Below the pieces are notes generated by a model, which was given only the letters and a program-made list of their open reading frames with translations, was not told the origin of the DNA and searched no databases. From positions 8,232 to 72,231 of the forward strand of contig JAPLVK010000013.1 of assembly GCA_026397175.1 (NCBI GenBank): a stretch of DNA of 64,000 bases, in the 5' to 3' direction. The first letter of the stretch is position 1; every line of letters begins with the position of its first letter. Made by a program: the position numbers and the translations under genes. Positions 1 through 8,224 of the stretch are shown here, one piece after another. Origin of the DNA: Candidatus Berkelbacteria bacterium (GTDB lineage Bacteria > Patescibacteriota > UBA1384 > DTJR01).

Positions 1-190
1 GAGTTTTATTGATTGATTTTGAATCAAAAATCAAATCCGATTCTTTCTCTAAAATAACTGCCGCACAAACCAAAGGACCGGCCAATGCGCCTCGGCCGGC
101 CTCATCAATTCCGCAAATATATTTAAACCCATTTTTTAAGAGCTCTCTTTCTCTATCCAGAGTGGGCACAGAGCTATCCCTTTTTTTCAT
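1..190 (-). CDS. rnhB: Ribonuclease HII, 5' part (runs off window start)
   Basis: Manual translation from ATG at 190: MKKRDSSVPTLDRERELLKNGFKYICGIDEAGRGALAGPLVCAAVIL. GIDEAGRG..GP is the RNase HII signature. Not in the ORF track. Confidence 0.93.
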   Translation of the reverse strand, partial: MKKRDSSVPTLDRERELLKNGFKYICGIDEAGRGALAGPLVCAAVILEKESDLIFDSKSINKT

Positions 191-196
191 CTAAAT

Positions 197-385
197 TTAT
201 GAAGGTCTGGTTGGCTCCGGTGGTACCGGTGGACTTCCAATGTCTGATGACTGCGAAGTACCCGAGCTATCATCAATCACGGCGCTATCAGCGTTATCTG
301 TGTTGCTGGATGATTTTCCAAATTGGCAGCCGCTAAATGCAAATAATACAGCGACGATACCTAGGGCAAACATTGTTTTCTTCAT
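197..385 (-). CDS. Small lipoprotein
   Basis: MKK, hydrophobic stretch, lipobox-like FSG-C, then a Ser/Asp/Pro-rich tail; GGAGG SD upstream. Confidence 0.7.
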   Translation of the reverse strand: MKKTMFALGIVAVLFAFSGCQFGKSSSNTDNADSAVIDDSSGTSQSSDIGSPPVPPEPTRPS

Positions 386-441
386 GAATTCCTCCTTTCA
401 TAATCATTTTAACATTTAACGAATTTTATTGCCAATTTAAA

Positions 442-771
442 TTAAGCAATTAGGTTTAAAATTAAGTAGATTACAAAAATTAAGTTTGAAATTAAAAAAA
501 CAGCAAATATGGTTCTTGAAGTTCTAGGGGTTGGTTGAAGATAAAAAAAGAAGGTTGATATTAAGTTGATTGCAACGAAAAGCGTTAATAAGTGGGGGGC
601 AAAAAATGAGAGAACTAATGCGATTAAGTATAAAAAGCCAAGAACTTTTTGCCAGAAAAAGAATCCCTCGCGTTTGAATAATTTTGTTTTGATTCTGCCT
701 ATAGCTAACAAGACCGCTCTGGCAAATGCCAAAACTCCGATTATGTTTATCGATAAAATTAAGATAATCAT
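442..771 (-). CDS. Small integral membrane protein
   Basis: 109 aa with about 4 hydrophobic segments; co-oriented with neighbours. Confidence 0.6.
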   Translation of the reverse strand: MIILILSINIIGVLAFARAVLLAIGRIKTKLFKREGFFFWQKVLGFLYLIALVLSFFAPHLLTLFVAINLISTFFFYLQPTPRTSRTIFAVFLISNLIFVIYLILNLIA

Positions 772-779
772 TTTTGTCC

Positions 780-808
780 AAGAAAGGGCCGTTCAACGGC
801 CCTTTCTT
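780..808 (-). terminator. Hairpin, probable intrinsic terminator of the 818-979 gene
   Basis: AAGAAAGGGCCGTT-C-AACGGCCCTTTCTT inverted repeat directly after the TAA. Confidence 0.65.
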
Positions 809-817
809 CATACAAAT

Positions 818-979
818 TTATTCTGCGGCTGGTTTTTCAGCTTCTTCGGGTTTTTTTTCTCCACCCTCTTCGCCCGTTTCTTCTTCGTCATCTGCTTCTG
901 CTGCTGGCGCTGGAGCCCCCCATGCTGGAGTTGCTTGTGTGCCTTCCTCTTTCTCTTCTGGTTTTGTTGTGTCGTCCAT
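818..979 (-). CDS. 53-aa acidic low-complexity protein
   Basis: MDDTTKPEEKEEGTQATPAWGAPAPAAEADDEEETGEEGGEKKPEEAEKPAAE*. Strong SD (AGGAGGTGA) upstream and a hairpin downstream; below the ORF-track cutoff. Confidence 0.75.
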   Translation of the reverse strand: MDDTTKPEEKEEGTQATPAWGAPAPAAEADDEEETGEEGGEKKPEEAEKPAAE

Positions 980-1170
980 TTTATTCACCTCCTCCCAATT
1001 TTTTTCATTTACTTTTTACAAATTAATTATAACCGCAAATAAAAACAATAAACACCTCTTTGTCAAGACCGAAATAGCACAAGGTATTGATTATTTTGGC
1101 AAAAGAGGTATATTTCGAGCAAGATCATTTCGCACCCATTGACATTACAGGAAGAAAGAGAGGCGCAAAA

Positions 1171-1611
1171 ATGGCTAGCACAACTCGTGCGGAGGCGTAT
1201 TACCGCGAGCTTCTGGAGGGGAGGTATGCATACCCGGTTGATGGTTTGTTGGTGATGATTGAGGAGATCGAGGGTCGTGATGAAATCGACCCCAACACAC
1301 AGGGTCAAGCTATGTTGTCCGCATTACTCCAGAACTGGGCCTTTTCAGTAGCTCATTGTGCGTGCCATGATCTGTCTATGGATGGTGGTAAGCGGCTCCT
1401 GGCTGCTGCCATGAAGGTTCAGGGCTCCGGGACTCTTTCCCCACATATCCTTGACTGCGCGATAGTCGTACTTGGTCCGGATCTGCTTGAGGCCCTTTTT
1501 GAGGCCAGGCAATTTCCGGGCTGGATGCTGTCTCGCATCGATCTCGAGGGAATGCCGCCATATCTAATCACCACGGGTATGATTCCCGGCGATGACATGG
1601 TGGAGGGCTAA
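1171..1611 (+). CDS. Hypothetical protein, GC-richer than flanks
   Basis: ORF with ATG at 1171 preceded by GAGAGG; no family recognised. Confidence 0.6.
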   Translation: MASTTRAEAYYRELLEGRYAYPVDGLLVMIEEIEGRDEIDPNTQGQAMLSALLQNWAFSVAHCACHDLSMDGGKRLLAAAMKVQGSGTLSPHILDCAIVVLGPDLLEALFEARQFPGWMLSRIDLEGMPPYLITTGMIPGDDMVEG

Positions 1612-1630
1612 GGGTCCAAGATAGGGTTTC

Positions 1631-1660
1631 GGGGTGGTCTGACAATTGTCAGACCACCCC
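1631..1660. terminator. Perfect 30-bp palindrome between convergent genes (possible bidirectional terminator)
   Basis: GGGGTGGTCTGACAATTGTCAGACCACCCC followed by ATTTGTTTTT. Confidence 0.55.
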
Positions 1661-1668
1661 ATTTGTTT

Positions 1669-2490
1669 TTAAAACAATTTTCCTTCCAGATGAGGTTCTT
1701 TTTTGTCGGACTCGAGCTTTGTTTCTAGATCTTTTTTGTCTATTTCTATTTTTTGCGATTGAAACCGATACTTGCAATAATCACAGTTCTCATTACGATC
1801 GGGGATCAAATCACTTTTTAGACATTTATGCGCTTCGATTAATTTTGGCTCAATCCATTTATCGTCTCCATTATAGGGAATCAGTTCAATATCAAACTCA
1901 AGTTTTGCATCAAAGGCCTTCCTATCTTTCAGAGCGTTGCAGTAAACAAAATATCCGGTTTTGGAGACATTAAAACCGTTTTGCCTAAACAACCATTGAT
2001 AAATTTCAAGCTGGCGTTTGTAGCTCGCCTTCCATTGATCTTCCATATCTATTTTGCCTTCCTTGCTGGTGGCCTTGTAATCAACCACAATGAATTCGTC
2101 TTTGTCGTTGATCCAGAGGTCGTCAATACCACCATAAAATTCTATATTGGTCGGCTTGTGCAAAAATTTAATACCCTTAAAAACCTCGCGCCATTCATTC
2201 AATTTTTCGTGGGTTACGGGTCGCGCGTTGACGGAATATTTAGCAAGTAGGGGATGGGTCTCGCCTTTGGCTCGATGGATATCAAACTCCTTTTTTAAAA
2301 GTGTGTCAACGGCAGAATTTAAGGTAAAAGATGGTGTCGGGGGCGGCGCGATTCCGAGCCGTTTATCTAAATAAAAGCATCTTGGGCATCTGACAAATAA
2401 TTCAAGTCCAGATCTGCTCATTCTGTATGGCTCTTTTGATTTTGGGTCAAAATTGTATTTTGCCGGCTTTGGCGGGTTATAATATCCCAT
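1669..2490 (-). CDS. PD-(D/E)XK nuclease family protein (RecB/Cas4-like)
   Basis: N-terminal CPRCF, GGIDD..VVDYKA motif, QLEIY, and C-terminal CDYC cysteines. Confidence 0.8.
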   Translation of the reverse strand: MGYYNPPKPAKYNFDPKSKEPYRMSRSGLELFVRCPRCFYLDKRLGIAPPPTPSFTLNSAVDTLLKKEFDIHRAKGETHPLLAKYSVNARPVTHEKLNEWREVFKGIKFLHKPTNIEFYGGIDDLWINDKDEFIVVDYKATSKEGKIDMEDQWKASYKRQLEIYQWLFRQNGFNVSKTGYFVYCNALKDRKAFDAKLEFDIELIPYNGDDKWIEPKLIEAHKCLKSDLIPDRNENCDYCKYRFQSQKIEIDKKDLETKLESDKKEPHLEGKLF

Positions 2491-2612
2491 TTTTTTTAAT
2501 AATTATTTGTTTCTACGATAATAGGTTATATCTTTTTTTTAGTTTGAGCAAATTCAAAAGAAAGATGTAAATATTGAATTTTTTTAAATTTTCGGTTAAT
2601 ATAAACCTGTTT

Positions 2613-2686
2613 TCCCGGGTCGTCTAGTGGCAGGACAGCTGGTTTTGGTCCAGCTAACCGGGGTTCGAATCCCTGCCCGGGAACCA
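2613..2686 (+). tRNA. tRNA-Gln(TTG)
   Basis: Cloverleaf with TCCCGGG/CCCGGGA acceptor stem, anticodon arm GCTGG-TTTTGGT-CCAGC, TTCGAAT T-loop, encoded CCA. Confidence 0.95.
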
Positions 2687-2828
2687 AACCATATGTATCC
2701 ACGAAGTGGATAGTTATGGTTTGGTGGAGAGAAGGGATTTGAAAGGCGCAGGCCCGACGGGGCCGAGCCGGGGTCGCGAAATCCGCCAGCAGGCGGATAT
2801 TTGTGACCGAATCCCTGCCCGGGAACCA
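2687..2828 (+). mobile_element. Miniature structured element ending in a 21-bp duplicate of the tRNA-Gln 3' end
   Basis: CGAATCCCTGCCCGGGAACCA occurs at 2666-2686 and again at 2808-2828; the intervening DNA is nested hairpins. Confidence 0.6.
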
Positions 2829-2929
2829 TTCGACTCACCTCGTTCGCTCATGGTCTTTGACCGTTCAATGGATTCACAGTAAACCATGAAGCTAAAGGAT
2901 ATGTTTTTAAAAAATAGGATAATAAAAAT

Positions 2930-3370
2930 ATGCAAATATCAAGTCCGGCGTTTAAGGATGGGGAAGAACTCCCCGAGAAATATACTTGTCGCGGAGAAGG
3001 AATTAATCCGCCTCTTATTATCTCTGATGTTCCAAGTAACGCTGTCGAGCTAGTTTTAATTTTGGATGATCCGGATGCCCCTTCAGGCAATTTTAATCAT
3101 TGGGTTGTAATAAACATAGATCTCAAAGTTAACAATATCTTAGAAAACTCCTTGCCAAAAGGCGCAGTAGAAGGTTTAAACAGCGCATCAAAATCGGGAT
3201 ATGTCGCTCCTTGTCCGCCTTCCGGAATTCATCATTATTGCTTTTCTCTTTATGCGCTAGACAGCAAATTAAATCTTTCGTCTCCCGCAAATCGAGATAG
3301 TGTTCTAAAATCAATGGAGTCCCACATAATTTTACGAGCTAATTTAGTTGGGCTTTGTAAGGCCAAGTAA
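2930..3370 (+). CDS. YbhB/YbcL family (PEBP, Raf-kinase-inhibitor-like) protein
   Basis: SSPAF..GE..P.KYTC.G, DDPDAP.G.F.HW, PCPPSG.HHY.F.LYALD motifs. Confidence 0.92.
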   Translation: MQISSPAFKDGEELPEKYTCRGEGINPPLIISDVPSNAVELVLILDDPDAPSGNFNHWVVINIDLKVNNILENSLPKGAVEGLNSASKSGYVAPCPPSGIHHYCFSLYALDSKLNLSSPANRDSVLKSMESHIILRANLVGLCKAK

Positions 3371-3446
3371 CTTAAACTTGTGTGTTCGGATTGATTTATT
3401 CGGAATTTTATGTTAATTTTAACTATCAAATTATTTAAATTATAAA

Positions 3447-4508
3447 ATGCAAAGTCCACCTGTTGTCGCAATTATTGGACGGCCGAATGTCGGCAAATCA
3501 ACGCTGTTTAATCGTCTCGTCGGAAAACGAGAGGCGATTGTTGCCTATGAAGCAGGAACAACCAGAGATAGGGTTATGGCGGAAGTCGAGTGGAACAATA
3601 AAAAGTTTATTTTATTTGATACCGCCGGGCTAATTTTGGATTTTTTTGGGTTTGATGAGGCCGAAATAGAAAAGAAAGCTCAAGAAAAAATCAACGATGT
3701 ACTTTCCGATTCAGACATTATTCTTTTGGTTTTGGATCAGCAAAGCGGTGTAACGGCTGAAGATGAGGAAATTGCAAAAAAGATTCGAAAATTAAACAAA
3801 AGAGTAATCGTAGTTTTTAATAAATCCGATAGCTTGTCACACGAAGAAAGTTCATCTTTACAAAATACATTGGGATTTAAGGAATCAATGGCTGTTTCGG
3901 CGATTAGCGGGCGCAGAACCGGCCAGCTTCTGGATTATTTAACTAATGACTTTATTGAGCCAGAAAAACCATCGACAAAAAGTCCCAAAATATCAATAAT
4001 CGGAAGACCAAATGTCGGCAAGTCAACACTGTTTAATGTACTGGCGGGATCTGATGTTGCTATCGTTAGCGACACATCCGGAACCACACGAGATCTCGTT
4101 AAAGTTAAAACAGATATTTTAAAATCAAACGACGATGTGCCGATTGAATTAATAGACACGGCCGGATTTCGCAAAAGAGGCAAGATAAAACCCGGAATCG
4201 AAAAATTTTCTGTGATTAGATCTGTTGAAGCGATTTATAAATCAGATCTATCATTATTGGTTGTTGATGCAGCAGAAGGGTTTTCGAGGCCTGACGCGCA
4301 TTTGGCACAACTCGCACTGGACAAAAAAACAAAGATAATAATTGTTTTAAATAAAATTGATTTGTTAAAAAATCAAACAAAAGATGAGATTAAAAACCTG
4401 AATAAGTTTTATTTTTTGACTAAACTTACGATGGTTGCCGTATCTGCAAAAAACAAACTAAATATCGAGCTGTTAATTTCAGAAATTATACGAACCCTTA
4501 AAGATTAA
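3447..4508 (+). CDS. der: Ribosome biogenesis GTPase Der/EngA (no C-terminal KH-like domain)
   Basis: Two GTPase domains: GRPNVGKS twice, GTTRD twice, DTAG twice, NKSD/NKID. Confidence 0.92.
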   Translation: MQSPPVVAIIGRPNVGKSTLFNRLVGKREAIVAYEAGTTRDRVMAEVEWNNKKFILFDTAGLILDFFGFDEAEIEKKAQEKINDVLSDSDIILLVLDQQSGVTAEDEEIAKKIRKLNKRVIVVFNKSDSLSHEESSSLQNTLGFKESMAVSAISGRRTGQLLDYLTNDFIEPEKPSTKSPKISIIGRPNVGKSTLFNVLAGSDVAIVSDTSGTTRDLVKVKTDILKSNDDVPIELIDTAGFRKRGKIKPGIEKFSVIRSVEAIYKSDLSLLVVDAAEGFSRPDAHLAQLALDKKTKIIIVLNKIDLLKNQTKDEIKNLNKFYFLTKLTMVAVSAKNKLNIELLISEIIRTLKD

Positions 4509-4510
4509 AT

Positions 4511-5128
4511 TTAATAATTTACTGCGGCGAAGGCCTTCATGGAATCAAGAGGCAAGAGGCGAACCCAAACGCGACTTACGAGATTATCAAGCGGGATCGG
4601 ACCTAATTCTCTCGAATCGCGAGAGTGATTGCGGTTATCGCCAAAAACATAATATTCCTTCTCGCCCAATGTGATTTTTTCCTGATTGCCTTGGGATAGC
4701 GCGGTTTGTTCGTCGGAATTTAAATATTTTTCCGTAAGTTCGTTTGAATTTACAAATATCGATCCGTCTTTAATTTCGATTGTATCTCCTGGGAGGCCAA
4801 TAATTCTCTTAATATAATTGACGCTCGTATTGTCCGGCGGATGAAAAATAACGATTTCTCCTCTTTCCGGAGTTCTAAACTTATAAGTTACTTTTTCGGT
4901 AATTAGATAATCGTTATTGTGAAAAGTCGGCTCCATGGATTGTCCTTCAACGATAAACGGCTGAATTATAAAGACCCTGATTATAAACGCTAAAATAACA
5001 ACGATGACGATGGTTTTTACAAAATCAAATAGAGCCAAAAAAAACGATCCGACAGCTGAAGCTTTGGGTGTTTTTTCTTCCGGTTCGTCTTCTTCAAAAT
5101 AATTTTGATCTTTTTGATCTTTGTCCAT
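4511..5128 (-). CDS. lepB: Signal peptidase I
   Basis: TM segment, GQSMEPT (catalytic Ser), YIKRIIGLPGD (Lys), GDNR..SRDSR. Confidence 0.95.
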   Translation of the reverse strand: MDKDQKDQNYFEEDEPEEKTPKASAVGSFFLALFDFVKTIVIVVILAFIIRVFIIQPFIVEGQSMEPTFHNNDYLITEKVTYKFRTPERGEIVIFHPPDNTSVNYIKRIIGLPGDTIEIKDGSIFVNSNELTEKYLNSDEQTALSQGNQEKITLGEKEYYVFGDNRNHSRDSRELGPIPLDNLVSRVWVRLLPLDSMKAFAAVNY

Positions 5129-5189
5129 TGTTTTATTTTAGCAGATAGTTAAGAATAATGTAGTTTCGATCAACTTGTCACGGGCAAGC

Positions 5190-6017
5190 TTAAGATAACA
5201 ATCTTTTCTTCTTTGGTAAGAAATTGTCTTTTGATACTACAGATCGACCGAGGCGCCTTTCCAACTTCTTTCTTGCTCCACCGGCAATATCACCGCCGGC
5301 TTTGGCATCAGATTTTAATTTATTCAGACCTTTAGAGTTTTCATTGCGATGAATTTCTGAAGTGGAACGCTCGCCAAGCATTGTAAATATCAACTCAAAA
5401 TCATCCATGTGGTCGCGCAGATTTTCTCTTTTAATCCCTTTAATAAGTTTTTTGTACTGGCTTGGCGTAACGCCAAATGCGGCCTTCGAGATTTCGGCGG
5501 TAAGGATTGCATAATCTTTTTGTTGTTTTGCGCCGCGTTTATCCCATTCATCTGTTAATTCCTCGCGAATAACAATGCCACGCATTCGGTTTTCGATCCA
5601 ATCGTCAGGATAACCCTTGGCGCGATATAGCGCTCGTGTTCGCTTCATGCCAAGTTCAGGATCGTCAATTTCCTGAACTCGTTCATAACCAACTTTTGCC
5701 AACCAGCGTTTAAATGGCTCTGCCTTTGGCGAAGTAATTGATTGAATAATGCGAAAGAGTCCTTCGGTATTAGAACAAAGCATCTTTTGTTTGCCACCTT
5801 CCGTTGGTACTTCAAGGGTATGTACAATTCGTACCCACCCTTTAGTTAGTTCTACATCACGCTGTTTCATGCGTTGGATATACTGCTTTGGATCGCTTGA
5901 ATCAATAAGTGCCAGAACAACATCTTCTACCACAAACCACCACTCGTTTTTGTAGATTGCTCGCCGAATTTCTTTTTTCTGAAAAATTGCAATTTTGTTT
6001 ATAAATTTCTCTGTCAT
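5190..6017 (-). CDS. Bro-N domain (antirepressor-like) DNA-binding protein
   Basis: IRR....EWWF.V.DVV..L, RIIQSI.SPKAEPFK.WLA.VG.ER..E..DPE, ENLRDHM motifs. Confidence 0.82.
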   Translation of the reverse strand: MTEKFINKIAIFQKKEIRRAIYKNEWWFVVEDVVLALIDSSDPKQYIQRMKQRDVELTKGWVRIVHTLEVPTEGGKQKMLCSNTEGLFRIIQSITSPKAEPFKRWLAKVGYERVQEIDDPELGMKRTRALYRAKGYPDDWIENRMRGIVIREELTDEWDKRGAKQQKDYAILTAEISKAAFGVTPSQYKKLIKGIKRENLRDHMDDFELIFTMLGERSTSEIHRNENSKGLNKLKSDAKAGGDIAGGARKKLERRLGRSVVSKDNFLPKKKRLLS

Positions 6018-6120
6018 TTTAGCTCCCGGTATTTAAATTACTCAAAATCCACCGATACTTATTTTGACAATTTGATGATCTCAAATTAAAAAAAGAAATT
6101 CAAACTTGCATTTTCCTATC

Positions 6121-6195
6121 TGGTGGTCGCTACTGGATTTGAACCAGTGACATTACGGATGTGAACCGTACGCTCTACCGCTGAGCTAAGCGACC
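6121..6195 (-). tRNA. tRNA-Val(CAC)
   Basis: GGTCGCT/AGCGACC acceptor stem, anticodon arm TACGG-TTCACAT-CCGTA, TTCAAAT T-loop, CCA. Confidence 0.95.
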
Positions 6196-6242
6196 ATAGT
6201 GATTATATTTACACTTTATAATTATTACAGAACTTACGCAAT

Positions 6243-6422
6243 GTAGACCAGACCTTCTTGTTGATAACACACTTAAAGTATGGGCTACGAAGTCCCTGTA
6301 GTCCAAGCTTCAGCTTGTTGGATAGCACGATAAATCGTGGGTTACAGATTCTCTGTAGCTCAAGCTTCAGCATGTTTTCTCACACTAAAGCGTGGGCTAC
6401 GAAATCCGAAATCATGGGCTAC
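6243..6422. repeat. GTAG-type REP/iREP (BIME/REPIN-like) cluster, 3 units plus a partial unit
   Basis: Units start at 6243, 6298 and 6355: GTAG..CAAGCTTCAGCTTG...CAC.(CT/AT)AAA..GTGGG(C/T)TAC. Confidence 0.75.
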
Positions 6423-6724
6423 ATTTAACCATCGCATTGACAGCTTACGCTCATCTTGAAGGCGAGAACAAGAAAAATTCTAAATATCAGGATTTTGGAA
6501 CTTCAAACGAAGATAGCGCTGCAGAGTTTGAAGTGTTCGAGGAAAAGCAAGCCATAATGCGAGATATCACCAAGGACTTAAAAAAACTTAAAGCGGCTCT
6601 TTTGAGGATTAAAAATAAAACTTATGGAAAGTGCCTGAAGTGTAAAAGTACCATCGAGATTGGACGGCTGAAAGTTTATCCGGAGGCCTCATATTGCGCG
6701 ACACATGGTAAAGAAGAAAAGTAA
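6392..6724 (+). CDS. DksA/TraR-type zinc-finger protein; N-terminus overlapped or replaced by a REP
   Basis: AL.RI...TYGKCLKC...I..GRL..YPEA.YC..H. The first possible start (GTG) lies inside a REP unit. Confidence 0.7.
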   Translation: MGYEIRNHGLHLTIALTAYAHLEGENKKNSKYQDFGTSNEDSAAEFEVFEEKQAIMRDITKDLKKLKAALLRIKNKTYGKCLKCKSTIEIGRLKVYPEASYCATHGKEEK

Positions 6725-7124
6725 ATTTTTCCTCTTAGTGGTTCTGTTTGTTTTGGTTGACCAAATATCGAAGTATTTTGTTATATCAAAATTTTTTTAT
6801 CTCTCTTCGATTAATGTAAATGCGTCGTTTAGTTTACCACTTAAAAATATCGCGATGATATACATATCAGTCGTGCTGTTGATATTTTTTGTTTTCGTTT
6901 ACGCCTTTTATATAAAGAGATATTTTAAGGCCGAGTTTGAAACTACAATGATTTTAAGCGGTGCTTTTAGCAATTTACTAGATCGTTTCGCGAGACACGG
7001 GGTTATTGATTTTATAAATTTAAAAATATGGCCGAGTTTTAATCTTGCGGATATTCTAATTACAACAGGATCGATCCTGCTTATTTATAAGATATTATTT
7101 GCGCTAAAACAAAAAGAAAATTAG
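6705..7124 (+). CDS. lspA: Lipoprotein signal peptidase II
   Basis: DQISK, N..ASFS, GA.SNLLDR...GVIDF, FNLAD motifs. Confidence 0.9.
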   Translation: MVKKKSKFFLLVVLFVLVDQISKYFVISKFFYLSSINVNASFSLPLKNIAMIYISVVLLIFFVFVYAFYIKRYFKAEFETTMILSGAFSNLLDRFARHGVIDFINLKIWPSFNLADILITTGSILLIYKILFALKQKEN

Positions 7125-7468
7125 GCCCTTGCTTTCTCTACGACTTTTTTAAATTCCTCGGGGGAGTCCTGGGCTAGTTGAGACAATTCTTTTCTGTTAA
7201 TTTTAATTTTTTTGGCAGTCAATCCCTTGATAAATAAATTGTATTTAATCCCGTTTGCCATACAGGCCGCGTTGAGCCGAACAATCCAAAGAGATCTAAA
7301 AGCCCTTTTCTTTAACCGACGCGACTTATATCTGTTCGCATCCGCTTTTTGGACCGCTTGTTTGGCAACTCTAATAAGGTTCTTTCTTGTGTGGCGGTAA
7401 CCCTTTGTTTTGGCTAACACGGATTTATGTTTAGCCCGCGTAGTTGTGCCTCTTTTTACTCTTGGCAT
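7121..7468 (-). CDS. rplT: 50S ribosomal protein L20
   Basis: MPRVKRG..., FRSLWIVRLNAA. Confidence 0.97.
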   Translation of the reverse strand: MPRVKRGTTTRAKHKSVLAKTKGYRHTRKNLIRVAKQAVQKADANRYKSRRLKKRAFRSLWIVRLNAACMANGIKYNLFIKGLTAKKIKINRKELSQLAQDSPEEFKKVVEKARA

Positions 7469-7674
7469 TATTTTTTCCTATAAGGTGTTAGTTTTTTCAT
7501 CTTTTCCAGGTCGGATTTTTTTATTTCAACCAAAGAACCGGATCTTTCTATAGTTCTTTTTGATTTACGGTGTACCAAATGCTGGGCGGTAGTTTTTCTT
7601 CGCAATAGTTTACCGGTGACGGTGATTTTTACCAGTCGCTTGGAGGCGGTCTTTCTTGTTTTAAGTTTTGGCAT
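7468..7674 (-). CDS. rpmI: 50S ribosomal protein L35
   Basis: MPKLKTRK.A.KR..IT.TGK; infC-rpmI-rplT gene order. Confidence 0.93.
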   Translation of the reverse strand: MPKLKTRKTASKRLVKITVTGKLLRRKTTAQHLVHRKSKRTIERSGSLVEIKKSDLEKMKKLTPYRKK

Positions 7675-8224
7675 TTGTTCCTTCTTTTTGTACTTCTTTT
7701 TCTTTTGATTTTATGAGAAGTGCGTTAAAGCGTGTTCCAAATCTCATGGGCGTTGATTCAAATGTTAATCCGAGAATGTTTTTAAATCTCTCAATTTGCC
7801 CTAGCGCACGGCTTGCGTAAATATTTTCCCTTCCTATCATTTTGACGGTGAGTTTGATCTTATAACCCTTTTCAATAAATTTTTTCGATTGCTCAATTTT
7901 TGTATTAAAGTCGTGCTCATCGGTCTTTAGACCAAGTCGAATTTCCTTAATTTCACCAGCTTTATTGGCATGGTTTTTCTGCATCTTTTTTTCAAGCTCG
8001 TATTTAAACTTGCCGAAATCCAGTAGCTTGCAGACCGGTGGACTTGCGTTTGGACCTATTTCGACAAGGTCATAATTCCTTTCTCTGGCCATACGCAAAG
8101 CCTCACTCGTTTGGATTTTCCCAACCGAATTTCCTTCTTCGTCTATAAGAAATACTTCTGGCCTGCGAATTCCTTCGTTAACTCGATATCTGATCTTATC
8201 AGAAGCTCGATTTGTGTAACTTAT
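7661..8224 (-). CDS. infC: Translation initiation factor IF-3 (probable ATA start at 8224; track gives TTG at 8236)
   Basis: RVNE.I...EV.LID..G, DLVEI.PNA.PPVCK.LDFGKFKYE. Confidence 0.95.
   Translation of the reverse strand: MSYTNRASDKIRYRVNEGIRRPEVFLIDEEGNSVGKIQTSEALRMARERNYDLVEIGPNASPPVCKLLDFGKFKYELEKKMQKNHANKAGEIKEIRLGLKTDEHDFNTKIEQSKKFIEKGYKIKLTVKMIGRENIYASRALGQIERFKNILGLTFESTPMRFGTRFNALLIKSKEKEVQKEGTNAKT

Noticed and set aside
524-1308. ORFs 524..811, 566..1042, 774..1142 and 1063..1308
   Set aside because: They are shadows of the 442-771 gene, the 53-aa gene and the 1171-1611 gene.
1669-2490. cas4 as part of a CRISPR-Cas system
   Set aside because: It is a stand-alone PD-(D/E)XK nuclease, with no cas1, cas2 or array nearby.
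2596-2935. ORFs 2596..2838 and 2714..2935 (-)
   Set aside because: They are antisense to tRNA-Gln and the GC-rich structured element; likely spurious.
6243-6422. CRISPR or TIGR array interpretation of the 55-57 bp periodic repeats (also 12418-12549)
   Set aside because: The units are almost entirely repeat, with linkers of only about 5-10 bp, and they are degenerate with GTAG/CTAC REP architecture. No cas or Nop-domain gene is recognisable in the window.
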